Virus record (IMG/VR): IMGVR_UViG_3300032307_000369
Span: 62,001 to 126,000 of that record
Reading direction: 5' to 3' (one strand)
Length of the DNA stretch: 64,000 nt
Position numbers and translations under genes: made by a program. Each line of letters starts with the position of its first letter. Positions within the stretch are counted from its first letter, which is position 1. Of this stretch, positions 39,662 through 49,130 are shown piece after piece. Below the pieces are notes generated by a model. The model was given only the letters and a program-made list of their open reading frames with translations. It had not been told where the DNA came from and made no database searches.

Positions 39662-39927
39662 AAAGATTAGTATTGCTACTTCCAACGGTTTTATTAACGG
39701 GTTGTTTGGCAACAGCGCCAGTTGTCCCAAAATGGCCAGATGTTCCTAAGGAATTATTAGTAGCTTGTCCTGATTTAAAAACTGTAGATCCTGCAAATAA
39801 TAAAATTAGCACACTGATAGAAACAGTGGCTGATAATTATAAAGAATACTACCAGTGCAAGGACAAAGTTGACGATTGGATCACTTGGTACAACGGGCAA
39901 CAAAAATTATGGGAAACACTTAAATAG
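39658..39927 (+). CDS. putative outer-membrane spanin (Rz1-like lipoprotein)
   Basis: lipobox LTGC, Pro-rich, P..LL..CP.L, NY..Y..C. Confidence 0.7.
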   Translation: MKRLVLLLPTVLLTGCLATAPVVPKWPDVPKELLVACPDLKTVDPANNKISTLIETVADNYKEYYQCKDKVDDWITWYNGQQKLWETLK

Positions 39928-39948
39928 TAGTATATTAAGGAGCGAGTA

Positions 39949-40242
39949 ATGGAAGATAAAAAATTACTCAAGTGGGTGTTTTTAATATTATTAGCACCCC
40001 TTGTGTTAGCATATTTTAGCAATGGTGGAGAAAGTTTTCGATACCCTTGCCAAAACCCAGACAACTGGGACAAACCAATGTGTAAAATGCCAGCATGTGA
40101 TGTAACTCGCACATGTCCAGAGCACATTTTTAAAGGGCAACGTGACCCAAGACTAGGACCCCCAAAAGATGAACCGACTAAAACAACTACTACTCCAACT
40201 ATCGGAGCGACTAACACGCAAGGAGCAAACTGTGGAAAATAA
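39949..40242 (+). CDS. exported Cys-rich small protein
   Basis: N-terminal TM; FRYPCQ.P.NW...C..P.C....CP. Confidence 0.65.
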   Translation: MEDKKLLKWVFLILLAPLVLAYFSNGGESFRYPCQNPDNWDKPMCKMPACDVTRTCPEHIFKGQRDPRLGPPKDEPTKTTTTPTIGATNTQGANCGK

Positions 40243-40753
40243 TCAAACCACTCATATCTATACAGAAGAGCAATTAATGGCTCGACTAAAATTCTTTATC
40301 GGCATTTGTCTATCATTGACATTGTTTGGTATTGTATTTGTTGTATTGTACTCATTAATATTTGTAACACAACCACTAAATGCAATTAGTCCAATTGATC
40401 AAAAGTTTTTTGAATTAATTATTCCTATTGCTACATTCTTAACAGGTACATTAAGTGGTATCATGTTAGCAGGTGGTGACAAAGATTTAAGAGCTAAAGC
40501 TCTTGAAGCAGCCAATAAGGCTCCAACAGTGAGTCCAGCACCAACAACACCAGCACCTAGCGGATTCAGTGCTAGTGCTAGTTTTGGCGGAGCAACTGCT
40601 AGTTTTAACAAACCAGCTTTTGGTGGAGCACCGTTAGGCGGGAATACAGCAAGTACTCCGTTTACTGCTGAACCAAGTTGGGGAGCAACTCCAATTGCAA
40701 CTACAGCAAGCGGCAAGAAAATTGTTCCAGAAGAGCCACAGCCTGAGCTATAA
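40232..40753 (+). CDS. 2-TM membrane protein with low-complexity tail
   Basis: AAGGAG SD before GTG 40232; two TMs; ends QPEL. Confidence 0.7.
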   Translation: MENNQTTHIYTEEQLMARLKFFIGICLSLTLFGIVFVVLYSLIFVTQPLNAISPIDQKFFELIIPIATFLTGTLSGIMLAGGDKDLRAKALEAANKAPTVSPAPTTPAPSGFSASASFGGATASFNKPAFGGAPLGGNTASTPFTAEPSWGATPIATTASGKKIVPEEPQPEL

Positions 40754-40759
40754 TATATC

Positions 40760-41167
40760 ATGACATCAGTGAGCGAGCAAAAGAAAGAAGATTGGATGAA
40801 CACTAAGTGGCGTCCAATGATGGGATGGATGTACATGGTAGTGTGCATTACTGATTTTGTAATCTTTCCAGTATTGTGGAGTTTAGTACAAGCACTACAT
40901 GGTGGAAGAGTAGAAACACAGTGGAGTCCTATTACGCTCAATGGTGCAGGATTGTTTCATATGGCTATGGGTGCTATATTAGGCATTGCGGCTTATGGTC
41001 GTACACAGGAAAAGTTGAATGGTGCAAACAATGGTGGTTTACAAACTCCAGCACCTAACCCAATACCTAGTACACCAACATCTTTCAGTGGTAGTTTTTC
41101 TCAACAACCTCTGACTTCTAGTACAGGAAAGCCAATGCCGGCACAGCCTGTTCAACCAGAACTTTAA
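40760..41167 (+). CDS. putative holin (3TM/GTA-holin-like)
   Basis: WRP..GW, LG...YGRT.EK; ends QPEL. Confidence 0.65.
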   Translation: MTSVSEQKKEDWMNTKWRPMMGWMYMVVCITDFVIFPVLWSLVQALHGGRVETQWSPITLNGAGLFHMAMGAILGIAAYGRTQEKLNGANNGGLQTPAPNPIPSTPTSFSGSFSQQPLTSSTGKPMPAQPVQPEL

Positions 41168-41179
41168 AAGGAAAATAAA

Positions 41180-41473
41180 ATGAAATTATTAGCAACAGCA
41201 ATTTTCACAGGTATGTTAACATTTGGTACAGTAGCCTGTGCTAAAGAAGAACCAAAAAAGGCAGCACCAGCAGTTGCGGCGGCTCCAGCGTCTGACGCTA
41301 AGAAAGCCGACGAAGCTAAGAAAACTGACGCTCCAAAAACTAAAAAAGCATGTATTAAAACTACAGATCCTAAAACTGGAAAAGAAGTTGAAAAATGCAA
41401 GACAGTAAAGATTCACGAAAAGCATGAAGGTACTAAAGTTGAAGGTGCAACTAAGGAGCCTGGTAAGAAATGA
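41180..41473 (+). CDS. secreted Lys/Ala-rich protein
   Basis: signal peptide, one Cys pair. Confidence 0.65.
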   Translation: MKLLATAIFTGMLTFGTVACAKEEPKKAAPAVAAAPASDAKKADEAKKTDAPKTKKACIKTTDPKTGKEVEKCKTVKIHEKHEGTKVEGATKEPGKK

Positions 41474-41862
41474 GAAAATTCCTTTTTACTAGTATGGTGG
41501 TTATTTCTTTAACTGGCTGCGCTAGTATTAAGGAAATGGTTCCAAGTTTTTCTGATGTTAATCAATCAGCAAAAATTATTGATGTTAGACAAAGTGTGGC
41601 GCAATTAAACTGCAAAGAAGCACATGCGCCACAAGTTAAACTTATTAAAGATAATCTACAATGGTTTGTTCTGTATAGTGAGAGTAAGGGATGGCGTCAA
41701 CAAGACGTTATTAAATTAGTCAAACCAATTCAAGATACAGTTGATGATTTTTATAAGCGTAGTATAGACAAGCAAGGCACTGAAAGTTATTGTGAAATTA
41801 AGAAAAAAATTATGACCACACAAACTGAAAAAGCTGCCAGTGCTATATTAGGGAGATTTTAA
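41470..41862 (+). CDS. lipoprotein
   Basis: lipobox LTGC. Confidence 0.7.
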   Translation: MRKFLFTSMVVISLTGCASIKEMVPSFSDVNQSAKIIDVRQSVAQLNCKEAHAPQVKLIKDNLQWFVLYSESKGWRQQDVIKLVKPIQDTVDDFYKRSIDKQGTESYCEIKKKIMTTQTEKAASAILGRF

Positions 41863-42092
41863 TGATTGATAACTTGTATAAATTGGCACAGGGCGGTGGT
41901 CCAATTGGTGAACGTGCCCAAATGGCACTAATGCTAACTGAACAACATAATAAAGGTGAAATCACTGACAGTGAATTTCAAGAACTTATGTTAGACTTAA
42001 CTCGTCTTGACGAGGTGACAGATAATGCCACTTCTATTGAATACAAAACTATGTTTGTAACCGCAGTGTACGCTGTCGCACAACTAGCATAA
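41862..42092 (+). CDS. hypothetical protein
   Basis: GGAG SD, TAATG coupling. Confidence 0.6.
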   Translation: MIDNLYKLAQGGGPIGERAQMALMLTEQHNKGEITDSEFQELMLDLTRLDEVTDNATSIEYKTMFVTAVYAVAQLA

Positions 42093-42110
42093 TAGGATAA
42101 ACAACTTTCA

Positions 42111-42148
42111 AAAGGCAGCTTGACAGTTGCCTTTCTTTGTTATATAAT
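42111..42148 (+). terminator. intrinsic terminator overlapping a sigma70 promoter
   Basis: aaaggcagc-TTGACA-gttgccttt plus T-rich tail; TTGACA-N17-TATAAT. Confidence 0.75.
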
Positions 42149-42154
42149 AGTGTT

Positions 42155-42997
42155 ATGAAAGATTATTATGGAATCCTTGGTGTCCCAAAAACTGCATCAG
42201 CAGACGACATCAAAAAAGCATATAGAAAAGCGGCTATGAAGCACCATCCAGACAGAGGTGGTGATCAAGCACGTTTTAAAGAAATTAACGAAGCACATGA
42301 TATATTATCCGACAAGGATAAACGTATGCAGTTGGATCAAGGTATTGATCCGCTAAATCCAAATCAAAGAACTTATAGAAGTCAAAATTTTAATCAAGGC
42401 TTCAATAATATGGAAGATATCTTTCAAAACTTTGGATTTGATTTTGGCTTTACTCCTCGAGGCTTTAGACCACAAGCCCCTACAAAGAATAAATCATTTA
42501 ATGTTCAAATGACGTTGACTCTAGAAGAAGCGTTTACGGGGATTAACAAAAACATTACAATTACTCATCCAGGCGGAGTTGGCAAAAACGTAGGAATTAA
42601 TATTCCACCTGGCATCGATAATGGCATGGCCATACGCTATGCTGGAATGGGCGATGACAGCATTAATGGTCTGCCTGCTGGTGATCTAACAATTATAATT
42701 AATATCGCTCCGCATCCAGTGTATGCTAGAGAAGGACTAAATTTATTAACTGATGTTACAGTTGACTGCTTTGATTCTATATTAGGAACAAATGCTGAAA
42801 TTGATACACTAGATGGTAGAAGGTTGCAGGTAGTAGTTCCTGCTGGAACACAGCCTGGAACTACCTTAGGATTAAAAAATGAAGGAATGCGAGACCAACA
42901 AGGTAATGTTGGAAAACTATATGTAAGAGTAAATGTTAGCGTTCCTAAAATTACTGATCCTATTAAATTGTCCTTAATCAAACAACTTAAAAATTAA
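42155..42997 (+). CDS. dnaJ: DnaJ/CbpA-like chaperone (no Zn finger)
   Basis: DYY.ILGV, HPD motif, G/F region, DnaJ C-domain. Confidence 0.92.
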   Translation: MKDYYGILGVPKTASADDIKKAYRKAAMKHHPDRGGDQARFKEINEAHDILSDKDKRMQLDQGIDPLNPNQRTYRSQNFNQGFNNMEDIFQNFGFDFGFTPRGFRPQAPTKNKSFNVQMTLTLEEAFTGINKNITITHPGGVGKNVGINIPPGIDNGMAIRYAGMGDDSINGLPAGDLTIIINIAPHPVYAREGLNLLTDVTVDCFDSILGTNAEIDTLDGRRLQVVVPAGTQPGTTLGLKNEGMRDQQGNVGKLYVRVNVSVPKITDPIKLSLIKQLKN

Positions 42998-43005
42998 ATA
43001 TCAAT

Positions 43006-43518
43006 ATGGAAAAACTTGTATTTCATCCAGATCCAATTTTAGAAGAACAAATGCCAGCATTTGATTTTGACAATCCTATTATGGATCCTAAAGAATTAGA
43101 AAAAGAACTATTAGCAATTATGTTTGCCAACAATGGCATTGGTCTTGCAAGTCCACAGATTGGCATAAGAACTAGAGTATTTGCAATGGGGCATTCACTT
43201 ATGCCAGAAGCAAGTCTTGCAATGTTTAACCCAACTGTAATTGATGCTAGCAATGAATTTCAAGATATAGAAGAAGGATGTTTGAGTTTTCCAAATATTT
43301 TTGCTAAAATTAAAAGACCTACTTGGATTGTAGTAAAATACAATACTAGTGATAATGAAGAACGAACAGAACGAATGGAGGGTTACAACTGTAAATGTTT
43401 TTTACATGAATTGGACCACTTAGATGGTATTGTAATGAAAGATCGTTTAAGTCAACTTAAATGGGCACTAGCCGTTAAAAAATCAAAAAAGGTAAAAAAT
43501 TATGTTAGAACCAAATGA
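43006..43518 (+). CDS. def: peptide deformylase
   Basis: GIGLASPQ, EGCLS, HELDH. Confidence 0.95.
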   Translation: MEKLVFHPDPILEEQMPAFDFDNPIMDPKELEKELLAIMFANNGIGLASPQIGIRTRVFAMGHSLMPEASLAMFNPTVIDASNEFQDIEEGCLSFPNIFAKIKRPTWIVVKYNTSDNEERTERMEGYNCKCFLHELDHLDGIVMKDRLSQLKWALAVKKSKKVKNYVRTK

Positions 43519-45784
43519 AGATCTAGAAAAGATCTTTGAACGTGCAATTCAATTATCTTTGGATAACCACCACCAATATATTACTTTAGAACATTTCTTA
43601 TATTGCATGGTTACTGACGAGTCATTTAACAGTGTACTTGTGGGTTATGGCACTGATGTTGAAGATTTAACTGCTAAGTTAGAAAACTATATTAAAAACG
43701 AGCTTGTTAGTATTGTTGATCAAACTTCAAATTCTAGACCAAAGAAAACTAATAGTGTTGAACGTATGCTTAATAGAGCATTTACGCACACACTGTTCTC
43801 TGGAAGAACAACCATTGAACCAATTGATTGCTTTTTAAGCATTTTAAATGAAAAGAAAAGTCATGCGGCATTTTATCTTCGCAGTGCTAATATTGAGAAG
43901 GACAAATTTATTGAGTATGTCAATAAAGAAATTGGCACAAGTAATCAAGACGGCGAAGAAGCCACAGTTCCAGAAAATAAACTTGAAGCATATATTGGCA
44001 ACTTCTGCACAAACCTAAATGCCAAGGTTAAAAATAAAGAGATTGATCCAGTTATTGGCAGGGACAAGGAACTGGAAGAAATGCAATTGGTACTTGCACG
44101 TAGACACAAGTCAAACGTAATGCTAATTGGTGATCCAGGTGTAGGTAAAACAGCTCTTGCTGAAGGTCTTGCACGTAAAATTGTTGAAGGTAACGTTCCT
44201 AAATTTATTCAAGATCACACAGTTTACACTTTAGACATTGGTGCTTTGTTAGCTGGTTCTAAATATCGTGGAGATTTTGAAGAGCGTCTTAAAAATGTTC
44301 TTACAGCTATCCAGAAAAAGAAAAAGTGCATTTTGTTTATTGACGAAGCACACATGATGAATGGTGCAGGAACAAGCAGTGGACAAAGTAATGACATGGC
44401 TAACATGTTAAAACCTGCACTTGCTAAAGGCGGACTAAAAGTTATCGCTAGCACTACATGGGAAGAATTCCGTAAGCACTTTGAAAAGGATCGTGCGCTA
44501 ATGCGTCGATTCCAACGTGTTATGGTTGGTGAGCCCGATGAAGTAACAACGATTAAGATTATCAAAGGTCTTAAAAAGTATTACGAAAAACATCATGGAT
44601 GCAAAATTACTAATCAAGCAATTATTGATTCTGTAAAATACAGTGTTAAGTACATGAGTGATAAAAAATTGCCTGATAAAGCAATTGATATTATTGACTG
44701 TGCTTGTGCTCGTTTCAAAGTACGTGATGAAGAAGGCGGCACAGTTGACCACGATGAAGTTGTATTCGAAGTCGCTAAAATGACTGGATTACCTTTAGAA
44801 CAAGTGGCTGCTAAGGATACAACAGTATTGCATGATTTAGAAGGCGATATTAAATCTGAAGTATATGGTCAGGACACTGCTGTAGATTCATTACTTGATA
44901 AAATTTATATTGCACAAGCAGGTCTTAAGAGCCATAATAAACCAATTGGTAGCTTCTTGTTTGTTGGTCCAACTGGATGTGGCAAGACTGAAACTGCTAA
45001 AGTATTGGCAAATAAGATGGGCATTAAGATGCTACGTTTTGACATGAGCGAGTTCCAAGAAAAACACTCAGTTGCTAAATTTATTGGTGCTCCTCCAGGC
45101 TACGTAGGTTTTGAAGACAATGCTGGACAATTGATTACACAGCTTCAAGAAAATCCTAACTGTATTCTATTGTTAGATGAAATTGAAAAAGCTCACCCAG
45201 ATGTTAGCAATGTTATGTTGCAACTTATGGACAACGGGTTTGTAACTGGCAGTAATGGCAAAAAAGCAGATGCACGTAATGTTATTATCATTATGACATC
45301 TAATTTAGGTGCTTCTGATAGTGAAAAATCTAATATAGGTTTTGGCAGTCAAGAAAAATTAGGAGAGATTAATAACGCTGTTAATAGATTCTTTGCTCCT
45401 GAATTCCGTAATCGTCTAGACGGTATTATTACATTTAAGAAACTTGAACACAGTGTAATGACAAAGGTAGTTGACAAGTTCATTAAAGAAATGAATTCGT
45501 TAATCACTGACAAGAATGTGTTTGTACAGCTAACTGAAACTGCTAAAAATCATCTTATTGACAAAGGGTTTGATAGCAAAATGGGTGCTAGACCAATGCA
45601 ACGTGTTATTGATGACGGTATTAAAAAGCCATTAAGCAGACAAATACTGTTTGGTAAGCTAGTAAATGGTGGCTTGGTCAAAGTTGACTTTGTTGATAAC
45701 CAACTAGTTTTTGATTATTTTGACCCTCTGCCAATTGTAAAAGATGTTGAAGCAAGTGCGGAAGAGAATGCAACACAAGATTAA
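43502..45784 (+). CDS. clpA: ClpA-type AAA+ unfoldase
   Basis: Clp N-domain, GDPGVGKT, KYRGDFE, GPTGCGKT, PPGYVG, IGF loop, no M-domain. Confidence 0.93.
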   Translation: MLEPNEDLEKIFERAIQLSLDNHHQYITLEHFLYCMVTDESFNSVLVGYGTDVEDLTAKLENYIKNELVSIVDQTSNSRPKKTNSVERMLNRAFTHTLFSGRTTIEPIDCFLSILNEKKSHAAFYLRSANIEKDKFIEYVNKEIGTSNQDGEEATVPENKLEAYIGNFCTNLNAKVKNKEIDPVIGRDKELEEMQLVLARRHKSNVMLIGDPGVGKTALAEGLARKIVEGNVPKFIQDHTVYTLDIGALLAGSKYRGDFEERLKNVLTAIQKKKKCILFIDEAHMMNGAGTSSGQSNDMANMLKPALAKGGLKVIASTTWEEFRKHFEKDRALMRRFQRVMVGEPDEVTTIKIIKGLKKYYEKHHGCKITNQAIIDSVKYSVKYMSDKKLPDKAIDIIDCACARFKVRDEEGGTVDHDEVVFEVAKMTGLPLEQVAAKDTTVLHDLEGDIKSEVYGQDTAVDSLLDKIYIAQAGLKSHNKPIGSFLFVGPTGCGKTETAKVLANKMGIKMLRFDMSEFQEKHSVAKFIGAPPGYVGFEDNAGQLITQLQENPNCILLLDEIEKAHPDVSNVMLQLMDNGFVTGSNGKKADARNVIIIMTSNLGASDSEKSNIGFGSQEKLGEINNAVNRFFAPEFRNRLDGIITFKKLEHSVMTKVVDKFIKEMNSLITDKNVFVQLTETAKNHLIDKGFDSKMGARPMQRVIDDGIKKPLSRQILFGKLVNGGLVKVDFVDNQLVFDYFDPLPIVKDVEASAEENATQD

Positions 45785-46463
45785 ACATCTTTTTACTAAA
45801 AAGTTATTTTATAAAAAATGGCTTTATAAAGTCGTAATTAGTTGCCCAGGAATTGGGCAACTACGTCGACGAGGTTTATCATATATAACTGCTGTCGATC
45901 ACAAAAGATCTAGCAACATTTACTTAAACTCAATTCTTGACGATATCACCAATCATAGAAAAGATTTGATATTAATATCAGAAATTTTGGAGAAAGAGCT
46001 AGCTTCTGCTGATCACCAAGTCAGAGTTGAAGGAAGTACGTGTGCTATTTTTACTAATTCTAAATTATTAATATCTAATATTGAAAAAGGACTAAAGGGA
46101 TTTGTTACAGAAATCCATTTACCTGAATCGTTGGAGTCAGAACTATTTTTATCTGGCAACAAGAATAAAGTAATATGCACACAACTACCGCTAGAAGGAT
46201 ATAGGTACAAGATATATCTTAAAAATGGCGACATCCGTAGTTATGATAATTTACAAAAATTTGTATCTTGGGCTGATAAATTTAAAGACAGGATACATAT
46301 CCCTATAGGCACTAGAAGAGTTTTAGTTGGACTCACACACCCATACATATATGGGCAGTATTTCTATGCTAAGGATCAAAAAATGGCCAGTATGGCTCTA
46401 ATGATCATGGGAGATCACCTAAATAAGACCGAAGAATATGTATTAAAATCTGAACTAATATAG
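45768..46463 (+). CDS. hypothetical protein
   Basis: long ORF overlapping the clpA end. Confidence 0.65.
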   Translation: MQHKIKHLFTKKLFYKKWLYKVVISCPGIGQLRRRGLSYITAVDHKRSSNIYLNSILDDITNHRKDLILISEILEKELASADHQVRVEGSTCAIFTNSKLLISNIEKGLKGFVTEIHLPESLESELFLSGNKNKVICTQLPLEGYRYKIYLKNGDIRSYDNLQKFVSWADKFKDRIHIPIGTRRVLVGLTHPYIYGQYFYAKDQKMASMALMIMGDHLNKTEEYVLKSELI

Positions 46464-46477
46464 GTAAATATAAGACT

Positions 46478-46906
46478 ATGCCAGCACTAAGCGAAACACT
46501 ACTTTTTACATCGGGTACGGATTCAAACGGAAACCCAAATAAAACATCTAGCATAACTTACCCTCCAGGTGTAAGTGGTGCTCAAACCTATTACAGTGAC
46601 AAAATTAAAGGCGAGGGATACTACGGTGGTAACGGATTACACACTGGTGGGTATATTCCTTGGCCTGAATCAACATTAGTTAACCCTGGTGAAAATAATA
46701 ACTTTAGAGGCACAATACAGCTTCAAGCAAGCCTAGTAACCAATCCAACAGATTCTGATTGGTTTGTTATCTCTGGAACAGATGCTACGTTTGATGGTAC
46801 AGATCAATCCAACAGATTTCTTAATTTTGTAGGTAATTTTGTTTGGATTCGCGCAAAAGTCGTTATAACACAAGGTGTTTTAACGTCAATTCAAGTCAAT
46901 CACTAA
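46478..46906 (+). CDS. hypothetical late (probably structural) protein
   Basis: TAAATA at 46465; beta-rich, GNFVWIRA. Confidence 0.6.
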   Translation: MPALSETLLFTSGTDSNGNPNKTSSITYPPGVSGAQTYYSDKIKGEGYYGGNGLHTGGYIPWPESTLVNPGENNNFRGTIQLQASLVTNPTDSDWFVISGTDATFDGTDQSNRFLNFVGNFVWIRAKVVITQGVLTSIQVNH

Positions 46907-46989
46907 TATCAGTACTCGCTCAATTCAAATAAATACATGATAATAGAAATCATGGTACCTTTACCATGGGTGAGTAAGGCACATATATC

Positions 46990-47358
46990 ATGAAATTATT
47001 TGAATTTTTTAGTCAGAATACAACTGAGCCAGCAGAGAAGGAAAATGACGACCAAATGCGTAAGGACGTCATGGCATTCATACTCGATGATAATGACATC
47101 TATCGAGAGCATCTTCTCCCGCTAATACACAAGCACAACAAAAACATTAAAGATGAAGACTTGCGTAAAGATTACGTAAAAGTTGTTAACGACTGCTGCC
47201 TTCAATTTTATAAAGAAAAAGAATTAAAAACAGATCCAAATGATCTTTTCCCAAAGGCAATGAGGAATGAGATGGTAAAACAACTTATCAAGATCAATAA
47301 AGAAAATATTATCACTAAAAAGAAGAAAAAAGATGAAGATACGAGATCTGTTATTTGA
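46990..47358 (+). CDS. hypothetical protein with N-terminal tag (MKLFEFF)
   Basis: TAAATA at 46930; first gene of the tagged cluster. Confidence 0.65.
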   Translation: MKLFEFFSQNTTEPAEKENDDQMRKDVMAFILDDNDIYREHLLPLIHKHNKNIKDEDLRKDYVKVVNDCCLQFYKEKELKTDPNDLFPKAMRNEMVKQLIKINKENIITKKKKKDEDTRSVI

Positions 47359-47719
47359 GGGCAGGATTGATCCTTCTCTTTTAAATCAATTCCTAAAACA
47401 TTGCTCTGAAGAATTAGGTCTTGAATCGTTACCTAAAATTAATCTTATAGATAATAAAGAGTATTCAATTACACATAAGTCATTTGGCGGGTACAGCCCA
47501 GATGAAAAATCAATAATACTTGCTACTGAAGGTAGACACCCAGTTGATGTGTTTAGAACGCTTGCACATGAACTAACACATTACAAACAAGACTTAGATG
47601 GACAACTTGAAGGCGACGATGTGGGTGCCACTGGTAGTCCACAAGAAAATGAAGCTAACTCTGTTGCTGGTATAATAATGCGAAATTTTGGTCAGAAGTT
47701 TCCAGAAGTATTTGAATAA
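47333..47719 (+). CDS. zincin-like metallopeptidase with N-terminal tag (MKIRDLLFE)
   Basis: RTLAHELTHYKQ...ENEAN. Confidence 0.7.
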   Translation: MKIRDLLFEGRIDPSLLNQFLKHCSEELGLESLPKINLIDNKEYSITHKSFGGYSPDEKSIILATEGRHPVDVFRTLAHELTHYKQDLDGQLEGDDVGATGSPQENEANSVAGIIMRNFGQKFPEVFE

Positions 47720-47727
47720 GGACCAAT

Positions 47728-48744
47728 ATGCGTATTAGAGATCTATTTGAAGGCGGGTGGGACACTACCAAAACACAAAATACTGTTTTACATCCTAAAA
47801 TTGTAAGTGTTGCTCTGTCTGTAGTAGATCAATTTGTTATTGACTTTAATAATTTTATTAAAAATAAAAACATTGGTCAAATTAAACGTGGCAGACCAAC
47901 AGGCAGTAGTGCATATCACGAACAAGATGCTATCGAAAAGCCTGAAACAATTTACGGCGACATAGACTTGCAAATGATTGCTCCACCAGTTGAAGGGTTA
48001 ACTTACGGGCAGTTTAGTGGTTATTGGAATAAGTTAGCAGATGATTTTGTTAAAACAGCTAATCCAACTTATGTAGACACAGCAGACAGCAAGCCAGGTC
48101 ATCCAATTTTTCAAGTTGGTAAACAAGACTATGTACAAGTTGATTTTATGTGGCATGAACAAAAAATGGCAGACTGGGGAGCAACTCGTGTAACTCCAGA
48201 ACGTGGTGTCAAAGGATTATTGTCAGGTAACATGTACAGTGTGTTTGGCGAAATACTTGATATGAGCATACAACATGCTGGCGTACAACTTAAAGTGATT
48301 GATGATCAGCGTGTACCATTTAGTAAACAAAAAGATACGCAGACTATTACAGTAACAACAAATCCAAAAACATTTATACTAGATGTTTTCATGTATTTGG
48401 CAAAACGTATGGGTGTAAACAATCCAAAGATTGATCCTATGCTTAAACAGTTTTCAGGTAATGACATTAATGATGTTAAAATAAGCAAACTAGTTAATGG
48501 TATGAAAGGATTTGCCTCAAGTGCCGAAGCAAGCGGTATGTTTGGTAACGGGGATTTACAAAATTTCAACTCTGCTCAAGATTTTATGAATAAGTTTTGG
48601 CAACGTTACGAAGAAAAAGCACAAATTGACATTGCTGGCAAAAAGCGTGACAAAGCACAGACCCCAGACGCTATTGCACGTGCCAATGCAGACAGAGAAA
48701 AGATCCAAAAAGGTCTAGATATGGTTAAGGGATATTTCCAATGA
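47728..48744 (+). CDS. Pol-beta-fold nucleotidyltransferase-like protein with tag (MRIRDLFE)
   Basis: TGS...GDIDL...VQVDF. Confidence 0.65.
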   Translation: MRIRDLFEGGWDTTKTQNTVLHPKIVSVALSVVDQFVIDFNNFIKNKNIGQIKRGRPTGSSAYHEQDAIEKPETIYGDIDLQMIAPPVEGLTYGQFSGYWNKLADDFVKTANPTYVDTADSKPGHPIFQVGKQDYVQVDFMWHEQKMADWGATRVTPERGVKGLLSGNMYSVFGEILDMSIQHAGVQLKVIDDQRVPFSKQKDTQTITVTTNPKTFILDVFMYLAKRMGVNNPKIDPMLKQFSGNDINDVKISKLVNGMKGFASSAEASGMFGNGDLQNFNSAQDFMNKFWQRYEEKAQIDIAGKKRDKAQTPDAIARANADREKIQKGLDMVKGYFQ

Positions 48745-49118
48745 GAGCAAAAGAATTTATTACTGAACTTAAAGCGCCAACAATAACCAACAGACAAGGT
48801 AAGTCAACCACTGCAATACATCTTTACACTGATGCTGAAAGACGCAATAGTGATTATGTGTCATATCGTTTAGGTATGGCTGTGGCGTGTACTGATGGAA
48901 CGAACGATCCAGACATGGATGGCAAAAGTTGGGTAGACAAGAGTAAAACAACACATCCATATACTTCTCAAGAACAAGAGATGTTAAAGAAAGCCTATAA
49001 GGTTGTAGGTGCAAAATATACAGATTTGACCAAAGGTGATATGAGAAGTCAAGAACTGAATACTACTAACGTTGTTAGTCCTGTTGCTAAACCCAAACGA
49101 AACAAATACGGCGTGTAA
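48741..49118 (+). CDS. hypothetical protein with tag (MRAKEFITE)
   Basis: ATGA coupling. Confidence 0.65.
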   Translation: MRAKEFITELKAPTITNRQGKSTTAIHLYTDAERRNSDYVSYRLGMAVACTDGTNDPDMDGKSWVDKSKTTHPYTSQEQEMLKKAYKVVGAKYTDLTKGDMRSQELNTTNVVSPVAKPKRNKYGV

Positions 49119-49130
49119 CGAGAGTTAAAA

